Positions 24,932 through 32,000 of a stretch of DNA of 32,000 nt are shown here, one piece after another. The stretch's first letter is position 1. Each line of letters opens with the position of its first letter. Under the pieces are notes generated by a model. It was not told where the DNA came from, made no database searches, and worked only from the letters and a program-made list of their open reading frames with translations. The stretch covers positions 150,194 through 182,193 of the forward strand of contig JAKSPC010000002.1 in assembly GCA_024405155.1 (NCBI GenBank), read 5' to 3'. This DNA is from Lachnospiraceae bacterium. Lineage in GTDB: Bacteria > Bacillota > Clostridia > Lachnospirales > Lachnospiraceae. Position numbers and translations under genes: made by a program.

Positions 24932-26088
24932 GTAAGACCATATTCCTCTCTGATAAAGTTCCTGGCCCAGTCTTCCGTCTCAAAGACCGTCTCCAGTTCG
25001 GGAGCGTCCGTCCATACGTGGGCATGCATGGCTTTTTCAATGCCCTCCGCAATATCTGTGAATCCAATCTTTCCGGCAAGGAAAGCGGCCACCAGCTCTT
25101 CATTTGCCGCGTTGAATACCGTGGGCATCGTTCCGCCTTTTTTTCCTGCTTCAATGCCAAGATAAAGTCCCCGGAACACTTCCATGTCGGGAACACAGAA
25201 CTCTATGGAAGTAAGCGTGGTAAAGTCCAGCTTTTCCTCCCGGGGAAGTCTGTGCCTCTTCTCTTCATAAAGGGCGTATTCGATGGGAATCAGCATGCTG
25301 GGGACCCCCAGCTGTGCTTTTACGGCTCCGTCCACGAACTGTACCATACTGTGTATGATGGACTTTGGCTGCACCACCACCTGTATCCTGTCCACCGGAA
25401 CATCGAAGAGCCAGTGAGCCTCCATGACTTCCAGCGCTTTGTTGACCATGGTGGCACAATCAATGGTGATCTTTGCCCCCATGCTCCAGTTGGGATGCTT
25501 TAAGGCGTCGGCTGCCGTCACGTTCTTTATCTGATCTTTCGTATAGCCGCGGAAAGGCCCGCCGGATGCCGTCAGAAGGATCTTGTCGATCCCATCGTGA
25601 TCTTCCCCGGTAAGGCACTGATAAATGGCGCTGTGTTCGGAATCCACCGGCATCAGTTTCACGCCGTAGGCTTTTACCATGGGCATGATGATATGTCCGG
25701 CGGTCACCAGCGTTTCTTTATTGGCAAGCGCTATGTGTTTTCCTGCCCGGATGGCGGCGATGGTGGGGCGGATACCGATCATGCCCACAACGGATACCAC
25801 CACCGTATCGCAGTTCTTAAGAGACGCGCATCGTATCAGACCCTCCATCCCTGATACCACCTCCGGAACGTCTGCCTGACCGTTAAGCCTTTCTTTCAGT
25901 TCCTTTGCTTTCTTTTCGTCGTAAACACAAACAAGCTCCGGGTGAAACTCCCGGATCTGTTCTTCCAGCTTATCGATGTTTTTCAGTACGGCAAGAGCCG
26001 TCACTTTCATTTCCGGATCGGCTCTCAGGATCTCCAGCGTCTGTGTGCCGATGGAGCCTGTGCTTCCCAGGATCGAGAATCGTTTCAA
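24925..26088 (-). CDS. dxr: 1-deoxy-D-xylulose 5-phosphate reductoisomerase
   Basis: The 387-aa ORF has ILGSTGSIGTQTL (NADPH-binding N-terminus), LANKE, DSEHSAI, LTASGGPFR and NKALEVMEAHWLF. Confidence 0.96.
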   Translation of the reverse strand: MKRFSILGSTGSIGTQTLEILRADPEMKVTALAVLKNIDKLEEQIREFHPELVCVYDEKKAKELKERLNGQADVPEVVSGMEGLIRCASLKNCDTVVVSVVGMIGIRPTIAAIRAGKHIALANKETLVTAGHIIMPMVKAYGVKLMPVDSEHSAIYQCLTGEDHDGIDKILLTASGGPFRGYTKDQIKNVTAADALKHPNWSMGAKITIDCATMVNKALEVMEAHWLFDVPVDRIQVVVQPKSIIHSMVQFVDGAVKAQLGVPSMLIPIEYALYEEKRHRLPREEKLDFTTLTSIEFCVPDMEVFRGLYLGIEAGKKGGTMPTVFNAANEELVAAFLAGKIGFTDIAEGIEKAMHAHVWTDAPELETVFETEDWARNFIREEYGLTC

Positions 26089-26888
26089 TGCAGTTTCTCC
26101 AATACTTCAAATGCGAAATAAATGACCGGTGTGCAGAATATCATGGAATCGATCCGGTCCATCATGCCGCCGTGGCCGGGAAAGATCTTCCCGTAGTCTT
26201 TGATCCCGAAGGTGCGCTTTATGGCTGAAGCGAACAGATCTCCGGCCACGCCTGCAACGGAAGCCACGGCTGTCACGAGAGAGACGGAAAGGATCGGGGC
26301 AGGCAAAAGAGATAGCTTCTCCCGGAAGATAAGGGCGAAGACAATGGCAAGGACCACCGCGCCAAGGATCCCGCCGGCAAAACCTTCCCAGGTCTTTTTC
26401 GGGCTTAAGACAGGTGCCATTCTGTGTTTTCCGAATGCTCTTCCTGCAAAATAAGCGCAGGTATCACTGCCCCATGCCGCGATCAGCACGAAGATCACGT
26501 AATACAGGTTCTTTTCTCTCAAAAGGACAAACAGTGCCAGAATGACCGGAATATATACGTATCCCAGAAACGAAGCCGTCACATGCTCAAATCTGATCCG
26601 GTCAAATTTTATGACCATTGCCGCGGAAAGCAGAAGAAAACAGCAGATAGCACAAACTAACAGATACTCTTTTCCAAAAAGCTCCGTCAGCAAAAATGCA
26701 GCCGCAGACATCACGGCGCAAATCACGAACAGAGGTGTCTTCTCCAGCCCCAGACAACGCATGTATTCAAAAAGACCGATCACAGAAGCGGCAAAGATCA
26801 CCACTGCAAAAGGGATACCGCCGAAATACATGAGAAGCAGAATCAGGGGAAGCCCTATCACCGCAGTCAGTACTCTTTCCTTAAGCAT
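26085..26888 (-). CDS. cdsA: Phosphatidate cytidylyltransferase (CDP-diglyceride synthase)
   Basis: The 267-aa polytopic ORF has the CdsA signature SAIKRTFGIKDYGKIFPGHGGMMDRIDS. Confidence 0.93.
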   Translation of the reverse strand: MLKERVLTAVIGLPLILLLMYFGGIPFAVVIFAASVIGLFEYMRCLGLEKTPLFVICAVMSAAAFLLTELFGKEYLLVCAICCFLLLSAAMVIKFDRIRFEHVTASFLGYVYIPVILALFVLLREKNLYYVIFVLIAAWGSDTCAYFAGRAFGKHRMAPVLSPKKTWEGFAGGILGAVVLAIVFALIFREKLSLLPAPILSVSLVTAVASVAGVAGDLFASAIKRTFGIKDYGKIFPGHGGMMDRIDSMIFCTPVIYFAFEVLEKLH

Positions 26889-27603
26889 TTTTCACACCTC
26901 CAAAACGGCGGTTCCTGCCGTTAAACTCTCTGATACAGTTTAACAGCTCCTCTTTTGAAAAATCCGGCCAGAGCACGTCGGTAAAGACGAACTCCGCGTA
27001 GGCCGCCTGCCAGAGAAGGAAATTGCTGATACGTTCCTCTCCGGATGTACGTATTACCAGATCCGGATCAGGAATTCCTTCCGTATCCAGATACTTTGCA
27101 AGATCTGCTTCCGTGATCTCAGCCCCTGCTTTCCCGCTGCAGACGTCTGCCGCGTACTTCATGGCTGCTCTTCTGATCTCGTCACGTCCGCCGTAATTCG
27201 CGGCCATGATAAAAGTAAGGCCCTTGTTGTCCGCGGTCTCCGCTTCCAGCTTCCCTATGGCTTCCCGGATATCTTCCGGAAATCTTGCCCTGTCGCCGAT
27301 CATGCGGATCCTTACGTCGTTTTCCTTCGCACGCTTTAAAAGCTTTCCCGCATAGTAGCGGAAAAGATCCATAAGCGCGCCCACTTCTTCCGGGGAACGG
27401 TTCCAGTTCTCTGTGGAGAAGGCATATACCGTCAGATAACGGATGCCGATCTCTCCGGCATCCTGTATGATCTGCTCCACGACCTTACATCCTTCCTTGT
27501 GACCCATGGTGCGGGGAAGGTTTCTCTTTTGTGCCCAACGTCCGTTGCCATCCATAATGATGGCAACGGACGCCGGAATGTTTACTCCCTGATAATTTGT
27601 CAT
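26881..27603 (-). CDS. uppS: Isoprenyl transferase / undecaprenyl diphosphate synthase
   Basis: The 240-aa ORF has IIMDGNGRWA, LTVYAFSTENWNR, RTSGEERISNFLLWQ.AYAE and REFNGRNRRFG. Confidence 0.95.
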   Translation of the reverse strand: MTNYQGVNIPASVAIIMDGNGRWAQKRNLPRTMGHKEGCKVVEQIIQDAGEIGIRYLTVYAFSTENWNRSPEEVGALMDLFRYYAGKLLKRAKENDVRIRMIGDRARFPEDIREAIGKLEAETADNKGLTFIMAANYGGRDEIRRAAMKYAADVCSGKAGAEITEADLAKYLDTEGIPDPDLVIRTSGEERISNFLLWQAAYAEFVFTDVLWPDFSKEELLNCIREFNGRNRRFGGVKNA

Positions 27604-27612
27604 ACCAATTCC

Positions 27613-28167
27613 TTATACGGTCATGATCTCTTTGGTCTTTGCTTCCACTTCCTTGTCAATGCTCTCAATGGCCTTCTCCGTGAACTTGGTAATGTCCTTG
27701 TCGGCATCCTTCACGTCGTCCTCGGTCATCTCACCCAGCTTCTGAAGCTTCTTGGTCAGTTCATTGGCATCACGGCGGATATTTCTTACGGCTACCTTGG
27801 CATCTTCGCCAAGTTTCTTGATCTGCTTTGCCAGATCCTTACGTCTTTCCTCGGTAAGTTCCGGGAATACCAGACGGATCACGGATCCGTCATCCACGGG
27901 ATTGATGCCGATGTCTGCCATGTTGATAGCCTTGATGATCTCCTTCAGCAGGCTCTTCTCCCAGGGCTGGATCATGAGAACTCTTGCTTCGGGAACGGAA
28001 ATGTTTCCTACCTGCTGCAGCGGAGTAGCCGTTCCGTAGTAATCGACTTTGATCTTGTCAAGAAGATGGGGGTTGGCACGGCCGGCGCGGATACCCTTGT
28101 ACTCTTCCACAAGATTGTCGATGGTCTTCTGCATCTTCTGTTCATATACCTTCAGCTCATCAGTCAT
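27613..28167 (-). CDS. frr: Ribosome recycling factor
   Basis: The sequence is RRF-like throughout ([14 protein letters not shown]...I..PE.R...[12 protein letters not shown]). The ORF track begins at 28224. The ATG at 28167 has a GGAGGA RBS 8 nt upstream and gives the canonical ~184 aa. Confidence 0.95.
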   Translation of the reverse strand: MTDELKVYEQKMQKTIDNLVEEYKGIRAGRANPHLLDKIKVDYYGTATPLQQVGNISVPEARVLMIQPWEKSLLKEIIKAINMADIGINPVDDGSVIRLVFPELTEERRKDLAKQIKKLGEDAKVAVRNIRRDANELTKKLQKLGEMTEDDVKDADKDITKFTEKAIESIDKEVEAKTKEIMTV

Positions 28168-28189
28168 GTTCTTATCCTCCACTTTTATT

Positions 28190-28903
28190 TTATACGGTAA
28201 CCGTCGTACCGCCTTTGATATCACCGTTCAGTGCTCTGGTAATGGCACCGGGTTCCTTTAAGGAAAATATCGCGATCGGCATCCGGTTTTCCAGACAGAG
28301 CGCAGCTGCCGTCAGGTCCATGAAGCCAAGCTGTTTTGTGATCACTTCCTTTAGAGATATGGTGTCAAATTTCTTTGCGTCGGGATTTTTCACGGGATCG
28401 GAATCATAAACGCCGTCCACGTTCTTTGCCATCAGGATGCTGTCGGCACCGATCTCAATGGCGCGAAGGGCAATGCCGGTATCCGTGGAAAAATAGGGGT
28501 GACCGGTACCTCCTGCAAAAAACACTACCTTGTGTTCCTCGCACAGTGCCTTCATTACATTATCTTTATCAAAGATGGGCATGATCCCGGGGATCTCAAA
28601 AGATCCGAACACTGCGGTCTTCATTCCCACGGTACGGAAATACTCTGATACGCAGAGGCAGTTCATCACCGTTGCCAGCATGCCGATCTGATCGGACTTC
28701 ACTCTGTCAAAGTTCTGGTTTTGTCTTCCCCGCCAGAAATTTCCGCCGCCTATCACAATGGCGATCTCCACGCCGTTATCCCAGGCTTCTTTCACTTCTT
28801 TAGCAACTTCCAGGATGTTCTCTTCACAGAGACCTTTCTTCAGATCTCCCGCCAGAGCTTCTCCGGAAAGTTTCAGCATGACTCTTCTTTTCTCAGACAT
28901 CAC
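28190..28903 (-). CDS. pyrH: UMP kinase
   Basis: The 237-aa ORF has [37 protein letters not shown] and VDGVYDSDP. Confidence 0.96.
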   Translation of the reverse strand: MMSEKRRVMLKLSGEALAGDLKKGLCEENILEVAKEVKEAWDNGVEIAIVIGGGNFWRGRQNQNFDRVKSDQIGMLATVMNCLCVSEYFRTVGMKTAVFGSFEIPGIMPIFDKDNVMKALCEEHKVVFFAGGTGHPYFSTDTGIALRAIEIGADSILMAKNVDGVYDSDPVKNPDAKKFDTISLKEVITKQLGFMDLTAAALCLENRMPIAIFSLKEPGAITRALNGDIKGGTTVTV

Positions 28904-28929
28904 TTCATCTCCCGTGATTCGTTTTTTTC

Positions 28930-28938
28930 AGTATAACA
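28930..28938 (-). promoter_or_regulatory. Possible extended -10 promoter element upstream of pyrH
   Basis: The minus strand has TGtTATACT, ~26 nt upstream of the pyrH ATG. There is no convincing -35. No terminator hairpin lies between the upstream ORF and pyrH, so read-through is equally possible. Confidence 0.3.
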
Positions 28939-28966
28939 TATCGGCAACTTCATTACATCACCAAAT

Positions 28967-31633
28967 TTAGAACTTAAGTTTATTTTCAAGTTTTGGTGAT
29001 GTCTTGTCCGTGATCTCACGCACTTCTTCTTTTGTTTTTCTGACTTCTTCCCACAGTTCCCTTGCAGACATCCTTACTGCGCCTTCTCCGAAAACGATCA
29101 CTTGTTCCAATCCGTCAGAGGTTGCCACGGTCACGTTGTTTTTCCTTGCGATCTCATGAACGGTCTTTTCGATATAGGCGTCCGCGGTCTCCGCTTCTTT
29201 GGTATAGACCACGTGGATATTGTGATATTTCAGTATCGTTTCCTTTCCGCCCTTTACCCGGTAGGCATCAAAGACGGTGATCAGCGTCATTCCCTTAAAT
29301 CCCTGATAATCCGCCAGGATATTCAGCAAAGCTTCTCTGGCACTGTCCAGATTCGTCTTGGCCAGTTCGGAAAGTTCCTTCCATGCGTGGATGATATTAT
29401 ATCCGTCCACCAGCAGAAAATCCTTTTTCTTTTCCGGAAGGATGATATGACCTTCGTTATCATAGTTCACTTTTGACGAAGAGCGGAAATCCAGATCGGT
29501 CCTTACGGGGCCTTTTCGGTCATCTTTTTCTCTCCGGTTTCTGCTTAAGGTCTGTTGAAAATAGGATTCCAGTTCCTTTTCTTCCGCATAGCCGTGGCCC
29601 ATGTAATCGTAGCCGGAAGGAAGCGGCACTCCTTCTGCCTCTTCTTCCGGAATTTCCGGCTCTTCCGGAACAGTCGTTCTGCTGTTCTTTTCCGTGACCA
29701 GCGGAAGATGCATGTGATCTTCCACTTCCTGCCAGGGCACGTAGAAGCCGGCACCGTGTTCACAGAACACGGATCCGGTGGGATTCCTCAGATCCTCTTC
29801 CGGATCGTATGCCGCTTCCGAAACTACCCGTTCCGGGTCGTGGCAGGGATAATACCCGGCAGAGGAAAGTTCCAGCCTTCCGAAACCTTTGGTATATGCG
29901 GAAAGCTCCGCCGCATAATTCTGCAAGCATATCACAGGAGCTTTTCCCGTAAGCACGGAGTTCTTTCCGACGATCTCAGGGCCTGTAAAATCCGCGAACA
30001 GTTTTGTGGAAAGATCGCTCATGGCCCGTCCCGCATTTTCGGAAGGCACCGTCAGTTTGAATTCATAAAACGGTTCCAGGATCACCGTTTCGTTTTTCAT
30101 AAGCCCGTGTCTTATGGCACGATACGTAGCCTGGCGGAAATCGCCGCCCACGGTATGCTTGATATGGTGTTTCCCGGCGACCAGGGATATCTTTACATCC
30201 GTTAGCTCCGATCCGGTAAGGACTCCTCTGTGTCTTCTCTCCGTGAGGTGAGTAAGGACCAGCCTCTGATAGGAAAGCGGCAGTTCGTCCGTACTGAGAA
30301 GGGACTGTACCGTTATACCGCTGCCGTGTTCACCGGGCTCAATAAGAAGATGCACCTCCGCGTAATGACGAAGTGGCTCAAAATGTCCTACTCCCTCGGA
30401 ACAGGCATTTACCGTTTCCTTATAGATGATCCGGTTGTCCGTGAATGTCACGTCCATGGAATACCTGTCCTTAAGGATCCTTTTCAGGATCTCCGTCTGT
30501 ACCGTACCCATGAGACGGATCCGCACGTCACCTTTTTTTCCATAGGGATCCACGGAAAGTTCCGGCAGTTCCTCTTCCAGCTCTCTCAACTTCTGAAAAA
30601 GTACGGTGTTGTCCGTCCCTTCCGGCGGGACTGCCGTCACGGAAAACAGCGGCGTAAGTTTCCGATCCGTGCTGCCCGGATCCTCTCCCAGGCCTTCCCC
30701 GGCAAAAGATCCATCCAGTCCGGTAACGGCCACCACCATTCCGGCAGAAGCTTCCTGGACCGGTCGGAAGGACAGACCGGAAAACAGGCGGATCTGCTCG
30801 ATTTTCGTCTGATATACGGGATCTTCATCCGTTTCCGGATGCATACGGGTGACCTCGGCTTTTGCCCGGAGGGTGCCGCCGGTAACCTTCAGATGGCTCA
30901 ATCGTTCCCCTTTTTCCCGCGTTACCTTGTAAACCAGGGCAGAGAACCTGTCAGGGTATTCCTTTGCTCTCGTAAGGTCCCCCAGTGCCTTTACCAGCGT
31001 TTCGATCCCGTCTCTTTTTAAGGCAGAGCCGCTGTAGACAGGGTAAAGTTTCCCTTCGGCGATCAGCCGGATCACGTCATCTGTCTCAGGGGTTTCTCCG
31101 TTCAGAAACTTTTCCGTCAGTCCGTCATCCAGTAATGCGGTCTCTTCCCCGTAAAGATCACTTCCGGAAACGAACCCTTTGGAAAGTTCCCGGTTAAGCT
31201 CTTTGATCAGCGGATCTGTTCCGGAGTTTACCATATCACATTTATTGATAAATACGAACGTGGGGATGTGGCAGCTCCTCAAAAGCTTCCACAGTGTATA
31301 GACGTGACTCCGGATCCCTTCCGTAACGGAGATCACAAGGATCGCAAGATCCAGAACGGAAAGTGTCCGTTCCATTTCTGCGGAAAAATCCACGTGACCC
31401 GGAGTGTCCAGAAGCGTAAACCTTTTCTCACCGACCTGAAACAGAGCCTGACGGGAAAAGATGGTGATCCCCCGTTCACGCTCCTGGGCATCAGTATCCA
31501 GAAAAGTGTCTCCGTGATCCACTCGGCCGGTCTTCCGGATACTGCCGGTACAATATAAGATCTCTTCGGACAGTGTTGTCTTTCCGGCATCTACGTCTGC
31601 CAGGATCCCCAGCACCAGGTCATTTACGATCAT
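28967..31633 (-). CDS. Fusion protein: a TetM/EF-G-like translational GTPase (five-domain body) joined to a C-terminal Rae1/YacP-type NYN ribonuclease domain
   Basis: This is a single uninterrupted ORF. The track gives 896 aa from a TTG at 31657. I prefer the ATG at 31633 (888 aa), because MIVNDLVLGILADVDAGKTT then matches the short N-terminus of TetM-type proteins. The G-motifs are DVDAGKTT, RGITI, DTPGH, NKCD and GSALK. Domain IV and V strings are GGDFRQATYRAI and ILEPFYEFKLTVP...AAELSAYTKGFG. The C-terminus (LLVDGYNIIHAW...TVFDA...ETADAYIEK...VATSDGLEQ...GAVRMSAREL) is collinear with B. subtilis YacP/Rae1. Confidence 0.9.
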   Translation of the reverse strand: MIVNDLVLGILADVDAGKTTLSEEILYCTGSIRKTGRVDHGDTFLDTDAQERERGITIFSRQALFQVGEKRFTLLDTPGHVDFSAEMERTLSVLDLAILVISVTEGIRSHVYTLWKLLRSCHIPTFVFINKCDMVNSGTDPLIKELNRELSKGFVSGSDLYGEETALLDDGLTEKFLNGETPETDDVIRLIAEGKLYPVYSGSALKRDGIETLVKALGDLTRAKEYPDRFSALVYKVTREKGERLSHLKVTGGTLRAKAEVTRMHPETDEDPVYQTKIEQIRLFSGLSFRPVQEASAGMVVAVTGLDGSFAGEGLGEDPGSTDRKLTPLFSVTAVPPEGTDNTVLFQKLRELEEELPELSVDPYGKKGDVRIRLMGTVQTEILKRILKDRYSMDVTFTDNRIIYKETVNACSEGVGHFEPLRHYAEVHLLIEPGEHGSGITVQSLLSTDELPLSYQRLVLTHLTERRHRGVLTGSELTDVKISLVAGKHHIKHTVGGDFRQATYRAIRHGLMKNETVILEPFYEFKLTVPSENAGRAMSDLSTKLFADFTGPEIVGKNSVLTGKAPVICLQNYAAELSAYTKGFGRLELSSAGYYPCHDPERVVSEAAYDPEEDLRNPTGSVFCEHGAGFYVPWQEVEDHMHLPLVTEKNSRTTVPEEPEIPEEEAEGVPLPSGYDYMGHGYAEEKELESYFQQTLSRNRREKDDRKGPVRTDLDFRSSSKVNYDNEGHIILPEKKKDFLLVDGYNIIHAWKELSELAKTNLDSAREALLNILADYQGFKGMTLITVFDAYRVKGGKETILKYHNIHVVYTKEAETADAYIEKTVHEIARKNNVTVATSDGLEQVIVFGEGAVRMSARELWEEVRKTKEEVREITDKTSPKLENKLKF
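28970..29425 (-). other. Domain annotation: NYN (YacP/Rae1-like, PIN-related) nuclease domain of the fusion ORF
   Basis: The domain starts at KKDFLLVDGYN (around nt 29425). The four acidic positions expected for a NYN/PIN active site are present: the D in LVDGYN, the D in VFDA, the D in ETAD and the D in ATSD. Confidence 0.8.
29845..31633 (-). other. Domain annotation: translational GTPase body (G domain plus domains II-V) of the fusion ORF
   Basis: The motifs are those listed under the CDS entry. The body ends at about ...GRLELSSAGYYPC (around nt 29845). Confidence 0.8.
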
Positions 31634-31637
31634 TACG

Positions 31638-32000
31638 TTATTCTTCGGCCCAATCAAAGGAATGCTTTACTGCTTTTCTCCACATGCGGATCCGCTCTGC
31701 CCGTTCCGCTTCGCCGATGGCGGGTTCAAAGGTCCTGCTGATGGAATGGTTCTTCCGGATGTCATCCTTGTCTTTCCAGTAACCCACGGCAAGTCCTGCC
31801 AGATAGGCAGCGCCTGTGGCAGTCGTTTCCACGCAGGAAGGACGTCTTACTTCCAGTGCCGCAATATCCGCCTGGATCTGCATCAGAAGATCATTGGCAC
31901 TGGCGCCGCCGTCTACTTTCAGCGAGGTAAGTTCCATGCCGGCATCCGCTTTCATGGCTTCCAGCACGTCATTTGTGAGGAAACACAGGGACTCCAGCGT
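31638..32000 (-). CDS. glpK: Glycerol kinase, C-terminal ~120 codons; the gene runs off the right edge of the window
   Basis: The frame is open to the window edge and reads ...[41 protein letters not shown]....V.RP...[18 protein letters not shown]...D. This is the conserved GlpK C-terminus. Confidence 0.9.
   Translation of the reverse strand, partial: TLESLCFLTNDVLEAMKADAGMELTSLKVDGGASANDLLMQIQADIAALEVRRPSCVETTATGAAYLAGLAVGYWKDKDDIRKNHSISRTFEPAIGEAERAERIRMWRKAVKHSFDWAEE

Noticed and set aside
28168-28224. A 19-codon upstream extension of frr, and likewise the GTG-initiated 4-codon extension of upp at 12378-12389.
   Set aside because: The canonical-length proteins start at ATGs with good RBSs (GGAGGA for frr, AGGTGG for upp). 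The extensions have no homology and would run over those RBSs.
28967-31657. Whether the TetM-like ORF is an acquired tetracycline-resistance (ribosomal protection) determinant on a conjugative transposon.
   Set aside because: No Tn916-like or other mobile-element genes, leader peptide or integrase are nearby. The gene is embedded in core housekeeping operons. It has a divergent P-loop and a C-terminal nuclease domain not found in Tet(M)/Tet(O)/Tet(W). Resistance cannot be inferred from family membership alone.
1-32000. CRISPR arrays, tandem or interspersed repeats, IS elements, and DnaA-box or dif-like clusters.
   Set aside because: Visual scanning found no periodic repeats, inverted-repeat-bounded elements or clustered TTATCCACA-like boxes. 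Intergenic space is minimal and is fully accounted for by promoters and terminators. A computational repeat search was not possible here, so this is a weak negative.

Overview
This is a gene-dense housekeeping segment of a Firmicutes/Clostridia-type chromosome, with intermediate GC content by eye. The assignment rests on Gram-positive PolC, DegV, TmcAL and DarA, plus the clostridial frr-uppS-cdsA-dxr-rseP-ispG-polC block. All protein genes except tmcAL are on the minus strand, and most are translationally coupled by overlaps or gaps of 1-9 nt. Read right to left along the minus strand, the order is as follows. It starts with glpK (3' end only), then a translational-GTPase::NYN-nuclease fusion ORF, then pyrH-frr-uppS-cdsA-dxr-rseP-ispG-polC. 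A tRNA-Pro(CGG)/Glu(CTC)/Thr(CGT) operon follows, then parE-parC-degV-LbH acyltransferase-upp. Next come a plus-strand tRNA-Leu(CAA), a zf-HC2 (ZAS) membrane protein, polA and a 99-aa unknown ORF. After those come livJ-livH-livM-livG-livF-coaE and an MBL hydrolase, with tmcAL convergent on the plus strand. The window ends with darA and pduL (5' end only). I saw no CRISPR array, transposase, integrase, prophage genes or long repeats. No intergenic gap is large enough (maximum about 127 nt) for a structured ncRNA other than the tRNAs. The most unusual element is the ~888-896 aa ORF at 28967-31657. It joins a complete TetM/EF-G-like translational GTPase, through a ~140 aa acidic linker, to a Rae1/YacP-type NYN ribonuclease domain with its acidic active-site residues intact. 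It sits immediately upstream of pyrH-frr. Secondary curiosities are listed here and detailed in the findings:
- an orphan ZAS-motif protein upstream of polA that may be expressed leaderless from a symmetric back-to-back promoter pair;
- a small unknown ORF overlapping the polA stop;
- four tRNAs that all carry C34;
- a terminator-like hairpin inside the tRNA operon;
- several unusual operon fusions (liv-coaE, and topoisomerase IV-degV-upp).
All calls rest on hand translation, motif recognition and manual inspection of the sequence. No database search was run.
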